From Myxococcota bacterium (GTDB lineage Bacteria; Myxococcota; UBA727; JABDBI01): a DNA stretch of 64,000 nucleotides. Location: assembly GCA_040387835.1 (NCBI GenBank), contig JAZKCZ010000002.1, positions 183,074-247,073 of the forward strand, in the 5' to 3' direction. The position numbers and the translations under genes were made by a program. Positions 28,730-38,764 of the stretch are shown here, piece by piece (position 1 is the first letter of the stretch; every line of letters begins with the position of its first letter). Below the pieces are notes generated by a model. It ran no database searches. It was not told the DNA's origin and worked only from the letters and a program-made list of their open reading frames with translations.

Positions 28730-30094
28730 CTACCGAGATGACGTCGATAACATGATATTTGCGAATAATTTTTTTAGCTTCTCTTTGTCTTTTTTGCCTG
28801 GGGCATTTTCAACGCCGGAGTTGACATCAAGGGCCCAAAAATCCAGGGCGTCTGCTTGCACGACGTTATTAGGATTGAGGCCGCCGCTTAGGATTATTTT
28901 ATCTTTGGGTAAAGTATCTGGAATGAGCGACCAGTCGAAAGTTTTGCCGGTGCCGCCTCGCAGAGTTGGGTGGGGGGTGTCGAACACGAAGCGGGTGCCC
29001 TCTCCCACAGGTGAGTCAGGGGTTAGGCGGCGCCAGATTTCTATATTATGCGGGAGCTGATTGCGTAGGTCTTCTAGGTAGCTTTCGGGTTCTTCGCCGT
29101 GGATTTGGACGGCGTATAAGTTTAGCGTTTTGGCGTAATCAACTACTTGGGCAACCGGAGCGTTTACGAACACGCCTATCCATCGCAGCGGTACAGCATC
29201 GCTGATTTGCTTGCCCGGGGTAATATCAATGCATCTGGGTGAGCTGGGCGCAAATATTAAGCCCCCAAAACCAGCACCGGCATCGTAGGCGTCTTTGGCA
29301 TCTTCAACGGAAGTCAGGCCGCAAATTTTGACGCGGCCAAACATTAAATCCCGAAGCGCCAAATCTATTCGGGGGACCTTCATTAAAGAGGTTCCGATTA
29401 AAAAGCCATCGGGCGGTCTTGGCTCCATATTAAACGAGCGTATATCTGCGTGTGAAGCTATGCCTGATTCGACAATAGCGAGCCTGTCTCGAGGAATCAA
29501 CGGCAACAATCGTTTGGAGACATCCAGGCTAACTTTAAGTGTTTTAAAATCGCGATTATTAACGCCGATAATGCGTGCGTCCAATGCCAGAGCGCGCTGT
29601 AACTCTTGCTCATCATGCACTTCGGTCAAAATATCCATTTGCAGCTCATGGGCGACTTTTGCACAAGCGCGATAAGTCTCATCATCCAGAACCGACAGCA
29701 TCAGCAAAATCATGTCTGCTTGATAAGCCCGGGCTTCATAAACTTGATAGGGCGCAATTACGAAATCCTTGCAAAGCACCGGGCAGTTGGCCGCCTGCTG
29801 AACGATCGGCAAATAATCCAAGCTTCCTTGAAAAAACTTCTCATCCGCCAGCACAGAAATAGCGCCAGCAAAGGGCGAATAAATCCGAGCGATCTGCTCA
29901 ATATCAAAGTCCGGGCGAATCAATCCTTCTGAAGGAGAGGCCTTTTTGCATTCAAGAATAAAGCCGCCTTTAAAGCGCCTATTTGAACGCGCCAAGCTCC
30001 GCTTAAAAGACTCGAGCGGCTTATCGCTTTCTCTGCGCGAGACTTCAGACCGCTTGTTCTCTAGAATACGTAATAAAGGCGTCGAGTTTGTCAT
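28730..30094 (-). CDS. trpC: bifunctional indole-3-glycerol-phosphate synthase / phosphoribosylanthranilate isomerase
   Basis: FILECKKASPSEG IGPS motif; C-terminal PRAI domain; start taken at Met 22 by alignment to E. coli TrpC. Confidence 0.9.
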   Translation of the reverse strand: MTNSTPLLRILENKRSEVSRRESDKPLESFKRSLARSNRRFKGGFILECKKASPSEGLIRPDFDIEQIARIYSPFAGAISVLADEKFFQGSLDYLPIVQQAANCPVLCKDFVIAPYQVYEARAYQADMILLMLSVLDDETYRACAKVAHELQMDILTEVHDEQELQRALALDARIIGVNNRDFKTLKVSLDVSKRLLPLIPRDRLAIVESGIASHADIRSFNMEPRPPDGFLIGTSLMKVPRIDLALRDLMFGRVKICGLTSVEDAKDAYDAGAGFGGLIFAPSSPRCIDITPGKQISDAVPLRWIGVFVNAPVAQVVDYAKTLNLYAVQIHGEEPESYLEDLRNQLPHNIEIWRRLTPDSPVGEGTRFVFDTPHPTLRGGTGKTFDWSLIPDTLPKDKIILSGGLNPNNVVQADALDFWALDVNSGVENAPGKKDKEKLKKLFANIMLSTSSR

Positions 30095-31031
30095 AGGCTT
30101 TCCCCGAATAAATCGTGTCCAGCGCCTCTTCGTATCCTGTTTGACGGGAGTTTTCACCTAAATCTTGTGCGTTTTGGGCGCGCGAAAGAGCAACCAAAGC
30201 GCCAGCGTTGAGCGCGACTGCTTGGGATTGAGCCGGTGCAGCTTTACCCTTTAGCAACCTTTGCAACCACGCAGCGTTCTCAGCAGGCTCGCCGCCTCTT
30301 ATCTCTTCTATCGAATGGTGTTCAAACGGCTGCCACTGGACTTGTGTAATTTCGCCAGCCAACAAAATCATCACGGTAGTAGGCGCATGAATAGCAATTT
30401 CATCCAGTCCACCGCCATGAACAACCAGTGCTTTATCTACGCCAAGCCGCTGCAAAGTCTCGGCCATAGGCCTGCATAACTCAGGCTTATACACGCCGGT
30501 AAGCTGCACGGGAGGCCGCGCCGGATTCACCAACGGCCCGAGTACGTTAAATATCGTTCTAACCCCTAAGGCCTTACGCGCAGCCGCAGCATGCTTCATG
30601 CCCGGGTGATATAAGGGCGCCAAGAGAAAACAAAACCCAATATCATCCAAACTTCTGCGCGATAGCTCTGCGGGCATCTCTAAATTAGCGCCCAGACTCA
30701 TGAGCACATCGGCCGAGCCGCATTTAGAAGAAACCGAGCGATTGCCGTGTTTCGCCACTGGCAAACCCATGGCTGCCGTAACCAGGGATGCTGCCGTTGA
30801 AATATTGTAGGTGCCCTGCTCATCACCACCGGTTCCAACCAAATCAGCAAATAAATAATCCGGCCTGGGAAACGGCCGCGCTGCAGCTAATAAAGCCCGT
30901 GCCGCTTCGGAAATATCTCCTGAGGTTTCGCCTCGAGCTTTCAGATCCATCAAAAACTTTTTGATTTCATCCAAAGCAAGCTCACCTTTGATGATTTTAT
31001 CGAAATACATTTGAATCATGACCGAGCCCAT
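30045..31031 (-). CDS. trpD: anthranilate phosphoribosyltransferase
   Basis: DLVGTGGD motif. Confidence 0.9.
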   Translation of the reverse strand: MGSVMIQMYFDKIIKGELALDEIKKFLMDLKARGETSGDISEAARALLAAARPFPRPDYLFADLVGTGGDEQGTYNISTAASLVTAAMGLPVAKHGNRSVSSKCGSADVLMSLGANLEMPAELSRRSLDDIGFCFLLAPLYHPGMKHAAAARKALGVRTIFNVLGPLVNPARPPVQLTGVYKPELCRPMAETLQRLGVDKALVVHGGGLDEIAIHAPTTVMILLAGEITQVQWQPFEHHSIEEIRGGEPAENAAWLQRLLKGKAAPAQSQAVALNAGALVALSRAQNAQDLGENSRQTGYEEALDTIYSGKAYDKLDAFITYSREQAV

Positions 31032-33025
31032 TTTAAAATGTTGCGAATCAGCTTCGAGCCCTCCGGCGTCAAGATCGACTCCGGATGGAATTGAACCCCG
31101 AGCATGTGATACTTCTTATGCCTAATAGCCATATTGGTATCATCACACCAAGCAATAGGTTCCAGCTCAAAGGGAATCTGCGTCCCAGCAAGTGAGTGAT
31201 AGCGTGCCACAGGCATTGGGTTTGGGAGCCCTTTAAACACACCTTGCTCATCATGGCTCATCAAAGCACTTTTGCCATGAACGGTGGCTTCTGCAAGTCC
31301 AACGACACCGCCGAAAGCTTCGATCATCGCTTGATGGCCTAAGCAAACGCCAAATACCGGGATCCGGGAGCCACACTTTTGAATAAGCTCGATCATGCAT
31401 CCGGCATCTGCGGGTGCGCCAGGTCCCGGGGAAAGCACAATCATGCGTGGCTCAGGCATTGCCAGGGCGAGCTTTAACGCTTCGTCAGCCGAAATGGTGT
31501 TGCGCCAGACAGACACATGGCAACCTAGGTTTTTAAATTCGGCTTCTAGGTTGAAAGTGAAGGAGTCGAAGTTATCGATTAGTAAGATTGAAACGGGGTT
31601 GTCGGGAAACCTCTCCCCCAGCCCCTCTCCAGTAACTGGAGAGGGTAGTAAAACATTTAATACGGCTTTCGCTTTGTTATGGGTCTCTTGTACTTCGGAC
31701 GCTGGGTCCGAATCGTAGACTACCCCGGCGCCGGCGCGCACATAGGCAACTTTGTCTTTCACGAACGCAGAGCGAATCATGATTGCAGTATTTAGATTAC
31801 CGTGGTTGTCTAGATATCCGACCGCGCCGCCGTAGATGCCGCGCTTAGAGTGCTCTGTTTTTCTCAAAATCTCGGCTGCTTTAACTTTGGGCGCCCCGAC
31901 CAAAGTGCCCATATTAAGCGATGCTTGGTAGGCATGCAGCGCATCCAAATCGTCACGCAGCTCCCCTTGCACGTGCGAAACCAGATGCATGACATGCGAA
32001 TAACGATCCACGGTCAACAGTTCTCGCACAAAACGCGTGCCGTTTTTCGATACTCTTGCAATATCGTTGCGAGCGAGGTCAACCAGCATCATGTGCTCAG
32101 CTTGCTCTTTTGTATCCAGGCGCAGTTCAGCTTCTTTGCGTGAATCCGAGTCTAAGTTTGCCCCCCGCGTGCGCGTACCTGCAATTGGACTAATTTCGAC
32201 CTTCTTGGGCTCATCAGTTACGCGGATAAACGTCTCTGGGGAGCTTCCGAAGGCAGTAAAATCGCCGCCGTTTACATAGAACATGTAAGGACTAGGGTTC
32301 GCAAGCTTAAGCCGCAGATAAGCATCAAAAGGATCCTCGCAAGGCGCGCTAAATGTTCGGGATGGAACAATTTGAAACACATCGCCTGCGACGATATGCC
32401 GCTTCATTTGCACAACAATGTCTGCAAAATCAGCGTCCAATATATCCACGCTAATCTGCCCACCGGAGGCTTTTTGAACGCTCGCTTCTCTTTTAAATTG
32501 CGGCAGCTCGAAGGGCTTATCACTCAGTTCGCCCTGCTCCCACATACGCACATGGTTTTTAACGTGATCGACAATGATTAAGCTTTCCGGAATCCAAAAC
32601 ACATAATCAGGCAGATCGAACAAATCCCTTTTTGCTGCCGGCAGGTCTTCAACCAGATCAACATAGTCGTATGAAAACATGCCCAAAGTCATTTTGACGC
32701 CAGATAGCTGACTCATCACCCGGAGCACATCCAGCGGTGATGGCTGCTTGAGCTGGGCTTCTAAGCTTTGACTTCGATCTACCGGAGAAAATACAAGCGG
32801 CGTCTTGGCAATAATTTCCAGACGCTTCACCTCACCAAACTCAGTGAGCGCTTCAAGGGTCACCTCAAGGCCGCGGCATGTCGCCTTAAGCGCGGCTCTA
32901 GGCATGAGGATACTTTTTTCGCCTAGTCTTGTTTTGACATCAGCAGCCTCTAGCAAAACACAATTGCTATTTTGGCCCTGCTGAGTCAGATGTGCAAATA
33001 GAGCGACGGGATCGACTGGATTCAT
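31016..33025 (-). CDS. trpE: anthranilate synthase, fused component I-II (TrpE-TrpG)
   Basis: Chorismate-binding TrpE domain plus C-terminal class-I glutamine amidotransferase (VFGVCLGHQ). Confidence 0.9.
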   Translation of the reverse strand: MNPVDPVALFAHLTQQGQNSNCVLLEAADVKTRLGEKSILMPRAALKATCRGLEVTLEALTEFGEVKRLEIIAKTPLVFSPVDRSQSLEAQLKQPSPLDVLRVMSQLSGVKMTLGMFSYDYVDLVEDLPAAKRDLFDLPDYVFWIPESLIIVDHVKNHVRMWEQGELSDKPFELPQFKREASVQKASGGQISVDILDADFADIVVQMKRHIVAGDVFQIVPSRTFSAPCEDPFDAYLRLKLANPSPYMFYVNGGDFTAFGSSPETFIRVTDEPKKVEISPIAGTRTRGANLDSDSRKEAELRLDTKEQAEHMMLVDLARNDIARVSKNGTRFVRELLTVDRYSHVMHLVSHVQGELRDDLDALHAYQASLNMGTLVGAPKVKAAEILRKTEHSKRGIYGGAVGYLDNHGNLNTAIMIRSAFVKDKVAYVRAGAGVVYDSDPASEVQETHNKAKAVLNVLLPSPVTGEGLGERFPDNPVSILLIDNFDSFTFNLEAEFKNLGCHVSVWRNTISADEALKLALAMPEPRMIVLSPGPGAPADAGCMIELIQKCGSRIPVFGVCLGHQAMIEAFGGVVGLAEATVHGKSALMSHDEQGVFKGLPNPMPVARYHSLAGTQIPFELEPIAWCDDTNMAIRHKKYHMLGVQFHPESILTPEGSKLIRNILKWARS
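31622..31644. repeat. 23-nt palindrome ccctctccagtaactggagaggg, translated as SPVTGEGL in the TrpE-TrpG linker
   Basis: 21/23 identical to 10477-10499; perfect 10-bp arms. Confidence 0.8.
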
Positions 33026-33061
33026 AAATTAATCTTTGCCATGGCTCTATATCGGTTGCAA

Positions 33062-34777
33062 TCAACTAGCGTTCGGGCTCAATGTACCAAACGCACCCGC
33101 ATTAGATTCGGTCCAATATTTAACAGTCTTAACTTGCAAGGTTGGTGCGCTCCAGCTCGGCATCCAGCCACCGTAGCCGGGGCCCGAAAAGGAATTTGCG
33201 CCGTTAATAGCACTGAAAAAATTGGCAACGGGATAGCTCCATGTGTCGGTGGGGCCTAACGGATTATGCCATGGTTTTTGGCAATAGCCATCAGGGAAAT
33301 AGGCAGAGGTTCCCTCGCCGGCTGTGCCACCGACTGCTAAATTCATGATCAATATAAATGGTTGATCAAACGGAGCAGCATTTTCGTTGCAACTTACTTT
33401 AGACCAAGGGTTGTCTGACCAGGCACTGCTGCCAGCGTCATTTGCTATCGTTTGGCATGAGCCCGCTGCCGTATTGACCCCACTTTGTTTTGCATATTTC
33501 TGTAAGCAATTCGTCGAAGCCGAAGTGCCTCGCTGATAGAAACTTCGTTTACTGAAATCCACCTCTAACACATGGTTGGAGTCGTTATCAATGTAAGTGT
33601 AAATTCCTTGTGGGCTCCATCTCAGGCCATAAGTATGAAAATCTTGGTCAAGTGTTGGCGCCGTTGCCGTTACAGGAGTCGCATATCCCTTGTCAGCGTA
33701 ATACTCTGTATGGGTCTTAATAAACGCGTTTTCGCTATAAACTGGTCCCCAGTGCAGCGTTGAAGCGTAAGACTGCACGCCGCCAAATGCCCCGCCGTTG
33801 GCATTAATATAGGCTTCCGAACAGCTCGCCGTATTACCTCTAGATTCTAGAATGTCTATTTCACCGCTTCGAGGCCAAACACCATACGCGCCAGCACCTA
33901 GCGGCGTTGTAAGACCAATAGATCCCGTCTGATTGAGAGGCATCATCCAGATGGCTGGCCAGAGCCAGTCTCCTTTCGGGATTTTGGCCACGATTTCAAT
34001 CCTGCCATATAAAAAACCTTTGGAAACATCATAGCCAGAGGCTGGTTTTTGTGCAGACTTCGTAGAAATCCGGGCTGAAGTTACAGGTGCAATAATCGTA
34101 CCAGCAGGGGTGTGACTTGTTGGGGCAACCAAGGCGGTGTTAACAGTTGCCGGACTTTTAGGCAGCCCATTGCCAATACCTCCACCACCATTATATCCGC
34201 TACCACTACCACATCCATCATACGTCAACCCATCTGCCGCGCCATTGTCCGTGCAAGCAATATTTGAACCAATGCTATCGGTACTAAAGCTCCAATTTCC
34301 AATCACACCTTGACAAATATCTCCAATATTATTTGGGCTTTCCGTAATTGAGCTTCTACCGCAGCCTAATACCGCCGCCAATGAAAACTGCGTTTCAGGA
34401 TTGCCATTATTTGCCAAGGTTTCGCCCGATCCCAGTACATGTTTTTGCATCAAATCAGCTTTGATTGATAAACCATTGACGGGATCGAAGGCGATATTTC
34501 CTGGGCTATTTAGATAAGCTTCGAATTCAAAGTTACCTTCACCAGACATAGTTACTTCTGGCGTCCATATTCTAGTATCCAGCGCCTGTTGCTGAGTGAA
34601 ATCATAAGTCCAATCGGGCGTTCCACTTGGAGAACCGGTGCCCGCGACTGCCAAATTAGCCGTACAAGCTCCGGGTTGTGAAGGCGGTGTAACAGGTGGG
34701 CCAGGTGGAGCACCTGGGTTACTTTTCGAGCAACTAAGAATTAAAAAAGTAAAAATTGAACAAAATATTACCTTCAT
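33062..34777 (-). CDS. secreted lipoprotein with C-terminal GH16-family glycoside hydrolase domain (beta-glucanase-like)
   Basis: Signal and lipobox (LILSCS); GH16 catalytic motif GEIDILE. Confidence 0.8.
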   Translation of the reverse strand: MKVIFCSIFTFLILSCSKSNPGAPPGPPVTPPSQPGACTANLAVAGTGSPSGTPDWTYDFTQQQALDTRIWTPEVTMSGEGNFEFEAYLNSPGNIAFDPVNGLSIKADLMQKHVLGSGETLANNGNPETQFSLAAVLGCGRSSITESPNNIGDICQGVIGNWSFSTDSIGSNIACTDNGAADGLTYDGCGSGSGYNGGGGIGNGLPKSPATVNTALVAPTSHTPAGTIIAPVTSARISTKSAQKPASGYDVSKGFLYGRIEIVAKIPKGDWLWPAIWMMPLNQTGSIGLTTPLGAGAYGVWPRSGEIDILESRGNTASCSEAYINANGGAFGGVQSYASTLHWGPVYSENAFIKTHTEYYADKGYATPVTATAPTLDQDFHTYGLRWSPQGIYTYIDNDSNHVLEVDFSKRSFYQRGTSASTNCLQKYAKQSGVNTAAGSCQTIANDAGSSAWSDNPWSKVSCNENAAPFDQPFILIMNLAVGGTAGEGTSAYFPDGYCQKPWHNPLGPTDTWSYPVANFFSAINGANSFSGPGYGGWMPSWSAPTLQVKTVKYWTESNAGAFGTLSPNAS

Positions 34778-34855
34778 AATTAATATAATATTTCATGCAA
34801 CCAAACCCAGTCAACGCTCTTGCCCAATTTTCTTAAAAGTGAAAGCTAAGTCCTT

Positions 34856-35638
34856 ATGATCAAACAGATTGGCGTTATAGGTTCCGGACAGATGGGAGCA
34901 GGGATAGCGCTCGTCTGCGCTCAAAGTAGCTTTGAAACGTATATTTTCGAAGAATCGCCCGCCGCTCGTATGAAGGCCCAAGGCTATTTCGATCGAAAAA
35001 CAGACCCAAGTATTCGCAAACCTGATTTTGTAACTTTAGAAGAGTTGGCCGGGTGCGACCTGATCATTGAAGCAATACCCGAACAAGAAGACTTAAAGCG
35101 AGAGCTATTCATTAAATTGGATGAGCTATCTAGGCCCAAGACCATCCTTGCCAGCAATACGTCCTCTATTTCCATCACCAAAATTGCAGGATGGACCAAA
35201 AATCCTGAGCGCGTCATGGGCATGCATTTTATGAATCCAGTGCCCGTGATGAAGCTGGTAGAGCTAATTCGCGGCCTGCAAACTTCGGATGAGACCTATC
35301 AAACGGTTCAACAAACCGCTCAGGCGCTTGGCAAAATCACCACCACTTCCAAAGACATGCCAGGATTTATCGCCAATCGCATTCTGATGCCGATGATTAA
35401 CGAGGCATTTTTTGCGCTGCAGGAAAATCTTGCGAGCGCTGAAGACATTGACACCACCATGCGTTTAGGTGCAAATCACCCAATGGGTCCACTCGCGCTG
35501 GCAGATTTTATTGGCCTGGATACTTGCGTATGGATCCTGGAAACCATGGACAAAAAGCCCTGCCCTCTGCTAAAGCAGTACGTCGACGCGGGATGGCTTG
35601 GAAAAAAATCAGGCCGAGGAGTTTTTTCTTATGTTTGA
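34856..35638 (+). CDS. 3-hydroxyacyl-CoA / 3-hydroxybutyryl-CoA dehydrogenase
   Basis: Rossmann motif [14 protein letters not shown]. Confidence 0.9.
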   Translation: MIKQIGVIGSGQMGAGIALVCAQSSFETYIFEESPAARMKAQGYFDRKTDPSIRKPDFVTLEELAGCDLIIEAIPEQEDLKRELFIKLDELSRPKTILASNTSSISITKIAGWTKNPERVMGMHFMNPVPVMKLVELIRGLQTSDETYQTVQQTAQALGKITTTSKDMPGFIANRILMPMINEAFFALQENLASAEDIDTTMRLGANHPMGPLALADFIGLDTCVWILETMDKKPCPLLKQYVDAGWLGKKSGRGVFSYV

Positions 35639-36761
35639 TTTGTCTGAAACCCACGAATTGCTCCGCAAAACTTGCCGTGATTTCGCTACCAATCAGCTAA
35701 AGCCTGTCGCAGCCGAATTGGACGCAAAACACGCTTATCCAAAAGCGCAAATCAAGGCGCTGGGCGAGCTAGGTTTGATGGGCGTATTCATCCCGGATTC
35801 CGAAGGCGGCGCTGGCCTGGACGCACTAGCTTATGCCATTGCCATGGAGGAGATTTCTCGCGGATGCGCCTCATGCGGCGTGATCATGAGCGTGAACAAC
35901 TCACTCTTTTGCGATCCCATTTATAAATATGGTTCAAGCCATCTCAAAGAGCATTTCCTAAAAGACTACGCTTCAGGACAAAAGCTTGGATGCTTCGCTC
36001 TAAGCGAACCAGGCAACGGCTCGGATGCTGCCGCTGCCAAAACGACAGCTGTTAAGACAGAGAAAGGCTACGTATTAAACGGCACCAAAGCCTGGATCAC
36101 CAACGGTTACGAAGCCAACGCCGCCATCGTCTTTGCCACCACCGATGCCAGGGCAGGTAATAAGGGCATCTCCGCATTCGTCGTCCCCATGCCCACCCCC
36201 GGTCTGACGCTCGGCAAAAAAGAAGAAAAGCTTGGCATCCGGGCTTCATCCACCTGCAATTTAATCTTCGAAGACTGCTTAATCCCCAAAGAAAGCCTGC
36301 TCGGTGAAGAGGGCCACGGTTTCAAAATCGCCATGGCAACTTTGGACGGTGGCCGCATCGGCATCGCTGGCCAAGCGCTAGGCATCGCCCAAGCTGCGTT
36401 AGAAGAAGCTGCGTTTTACGCCAAAGAGCGCCAAGCTTTCGGTAAACCAATTTTCAAATTACAGTCGATCCAAAACAAACTGGCCGACATGGCCTTGCGC
36501 ATCGAAAGCGCGCGCCTGCTCACTTGGAAAGCCGCGTGTTATAAAGACAAACATGTTCGCTTCACAAAAGAAGCCGCTATGGCCAAACTCGCCGCTTCCG
36601 AAACAGCAACTTTTGTTGCGCACCAAGCTATGCAGATCTTTGGCGGCAACGGTTACGTCACCGAATTCCCCGTCGAACGGCATTATCGGGACGCCCGCAT
36701 CACTGAAATCTATGAAGGCACCAGTGAAATCCAGCGTTTGGTCATCGCAGCCCATGTCTAA
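35634..36761 (+). CDS. short/medium-chain acyl-CoA dehydrogenase
   Basis: Acyl-CoA dehydrogenase signatures; C-terminal [13 protein letters not shown]. Confidence 0.9.
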   Translation, partial: FDLSETHELLRKTCRDFATNQLKPVAAELDAKHAYPKAQIKALGELGLMGVFIPDSEGGAGLDALAYAIAMEEISRGCASCGVIMSVNNSLFCDPIYKYGSSHLKEHFLKDYASGQKLGCFALSEPGNGSDAAAAKTTAVKTEKGYVLNGTKAWITNGYEANAAIVFATTDARAGNKGISAFVVPMPTPGLTLGKKEEKLGIRASSTCNLIFEDCLIPKESLLGEEGHGFKIAMATLDGGRIGIAGQALGIAQAALEEAAFYAKERQAFGKPIFKLQSIQNKLADMALRIESARLLTWKAACYKDKHVRFTKEAAMAKLAASETATFVAHQAMQIFGGNGYVTEFPVERHYRDARITEIYEGTSEIQRLVIAAHV

Positions 36762-37629
36762 TTTTGTCAAAATAATGGAAGTAGGCCCTAGAGATGGCCT
36801 ACAGAACGAAAAATGCTTCGTACCCACAGAGCAAAAGCTGCAATTCATCCAAGGCTTAGAAGAAGCGGGCCTGTCTCGCATTGAAGTCACCGCTTTCGTA
36901 TCTAAACGCTGGATACCCCCATTGGCTGACCACGCTGAACTCGCCGCCCAGCTAATCAAAAAGCCAGCCATTACCCATGCCGCGCTAGTCCCGAATCTAA
37001 AAGGCTACGAACAAGCCAAGCGCTTTGGCATTGACGAAGTATCCTTAATATTGGCCGTGACCCAAAGCCATAACCAAAAAAATCTGAACGCCAGCACCGA
37101 AGAAGCATTTGCGCGCTATAAAGAAGTGATTGCACAAGCCAAGCTTGATGGCATGCCCTTTAGAGCCTACATTTCCTGCGCCTTCGGCTGTCCTTACGAA
37201 GGCAAAACACCCGTTTCAGCCGTCATGAAATGGGCTCAAGCTTTTTACGAACTAGGCGCTTATGAACTCAGCATCAGCGACACCATCGGTGTAGGCAACC
37301 CAAAGCAAACTCATGAACTACTCAACACGCTGCTCAAAGAATTTCCCAAAGAAAAACTGGGCATGCATTTCCATGACACTCAAGGCATGGCCCTAGCCAA
37401 TATCTATGTTGCCTTAGAGTTAGGCATCCGTTCTTTCGATTCTTCCGCCGGTGGCATCGGCGGCTGCCCCTACGCCCCAGGCGCTAAAGGCAATGTAGAA
37501 ACAGAAAAGCTGGTCAACATGCTCAGCAGCATGGGCTACGAAACCGGCATTGACCTAGAAAAGCTAAAAATAGCCTCAGCACGCCTTCAAAAAATACTCG
37601 CCAGCGGGAGCACGCCGATTGTAATGTGA
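36754..37629 (+). CDS. hydroxymethylglutaryl-CoA lyase
   Basis: [14 protein letters not shown] motif; start overlaps the acyl-CoA dehydrogenase stop (ATGTCTAA). Confidence 0.9.
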   Translation: MSNFVKIMEVGPRDGLQNEKCFVPTEQKLQFIQGLEEAGLSRIEVTAFVSKRWIPPLADHAELAAQLIKKPAITHAALVPNLKGYEQAKRFGIDEVSLILAVTQSHNQKNLNASTEEAFARYKEVIAQAKLDGMPFRAYISCAFGCPYEGKTPVSAVMKWAQAFYELGAYELSISDTIGVGNPKQTHELLNTLLKEFPKEKLGMHFHDTQGMALANIYVALELGIRSFDSSAGGIGGCPYAPGAKGNVETEKLVNMLSSMGYETGIDLEKLKIASARLQKILASGSTPIVM

Positions 37630-38688
37630 AGCCATGGTGCGCCCATAAGCCCCAGCCTGCGTAATGAGCAGCACGTCCCCTGCTTCAGTCCTAGGCAAAA
37701 GCCGGTCATAACCCAAAAAATCAGCCGATTCACAAATCGGCCCTACCACATGGGCAGTGATCTCATTCGGCCTGTCTAATTTAGAAAGATTCACAATCTC
37801 ATGATAAGCCCCATACAGAGCCGGTCGAATGAGCGAATTCATCCCCGTATCCACGCCAATAAATAAAACCCCTGCCTTTTCCTTAATCTGCGTCACCCGG
37901 GTAAGCAAAACGCCAGCCCCGGCCACCAAATAGCGGCCTGGTTCCAGCCAATATTGATACTGAGGATTCGCCATACAAACCGGCTTCAGCGCGTCATTAA
38001 GATGTTCGCAATCGATATCAAGCCCGAGGCCCCCGCCAAGATTAATCACTGATACATCCGGCATCCTCCGAGCAACCTCTACCAGCATCTGCGCCATCTG
38101 CCCCCAATGCCCCGGATCCGAAATGCCGCTTCCCGCATGCGCATGAAGACCCACAATGCGAACATCGCCCTTTTTCGCCAAAGCCAACGCCTGATCAACC
38201 TCGTTAAGCCCGATACCAAACTTAGATCCAGCACCAGCAGTCCGAACATGCTGATGATGCCCCCGCCCTTGCCCTGGATCAATCCGCAGAAATACCGCTT
38301 GCCCCCGAATCAAATCCGCCCAATGCACAAATGGGTACAAGCTATCCAAAGTCACATGACAATGCCGCTCAAAAGCATATGCATACTCAGCCGCAGGCGC
38401 GAAATTAGGCGTAAACAAAACTCTTGCAGCGTCCAAACGCGGAAAAAGCTCGAATACGCGTTCTAACTCAGCTTGCGAGACGCATTCAAAGCCTAAGTTT
38501 AATGCCTCAAACTCTCTGAGGATATCAGCGTGGTCGTTTGCTTTAAGCGCAAAGAAGACCTGCGTTATCGCTTTCAGCCTCTTAAGATCATCCGCAGCTG
38601 CTTGAAGCGTACTTTGGCTATATACGTATAAAGGCGTTTCATTCGCCTCAGATAAAAGCCGGTCCCGCTGCTTGTACCACCAAGTCAT
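37576..38688 (-). CDS. PLP-dependent decarboxylase, diaminopimelate/ornithine decarboxylase (alanine-racemase fold) family
   Basis: FFALKANDHADI PLP-lysine motif; 370 aa; C-terminus shorter than canonical LysA. Confidence 0.75.
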   Translation of the reverse strand: MTWWYKQRDRLLSEANETPLYVYSQSTLQAAADDLKRLKAITQVFFALKANDHADILREFEALNLGFECVSQAELERVFELFPRLDAARVLFTPNFAPAAEYAYAFERHCHVTLDSLYPFVHWADLIRGQAVFLRIDPGQGRGHHQHVRTAGAGSKFGIGLNEVDQALALAKKGDVRIVGLHAHAGSGISDPGHWGQMAQMLVEVARRMPDVSVINLGGGLGLDIDCEHLNDALKPVCMANPQYQYWLEPGRYLVAGAGVLLTRVTQIKEKAGVLFIGVDTGMNSLIRPALYGAYHEIVNLSKLDRPNEITAHVVGPICESADFLGYDRLLPRTEAGDVLLITQAGAYGRTMASHYNRRAPAGEYFLKAC

Positions 38689-38764
38689 GATTTCAACACA
38701 AGTGAGTCCACCAATTTATTCCACAAAATAGTGTATATTTAATATAGCATGGAGGATTCTCAAA

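Noticed and set aside
33026-33061. trp leader/attenuator upstream of trpE(G)
   Set aside because: Only 36 nt separate it from the preceding gene; there is no leader peptide ORF with tandem Trp codons and no terminator hairpin.
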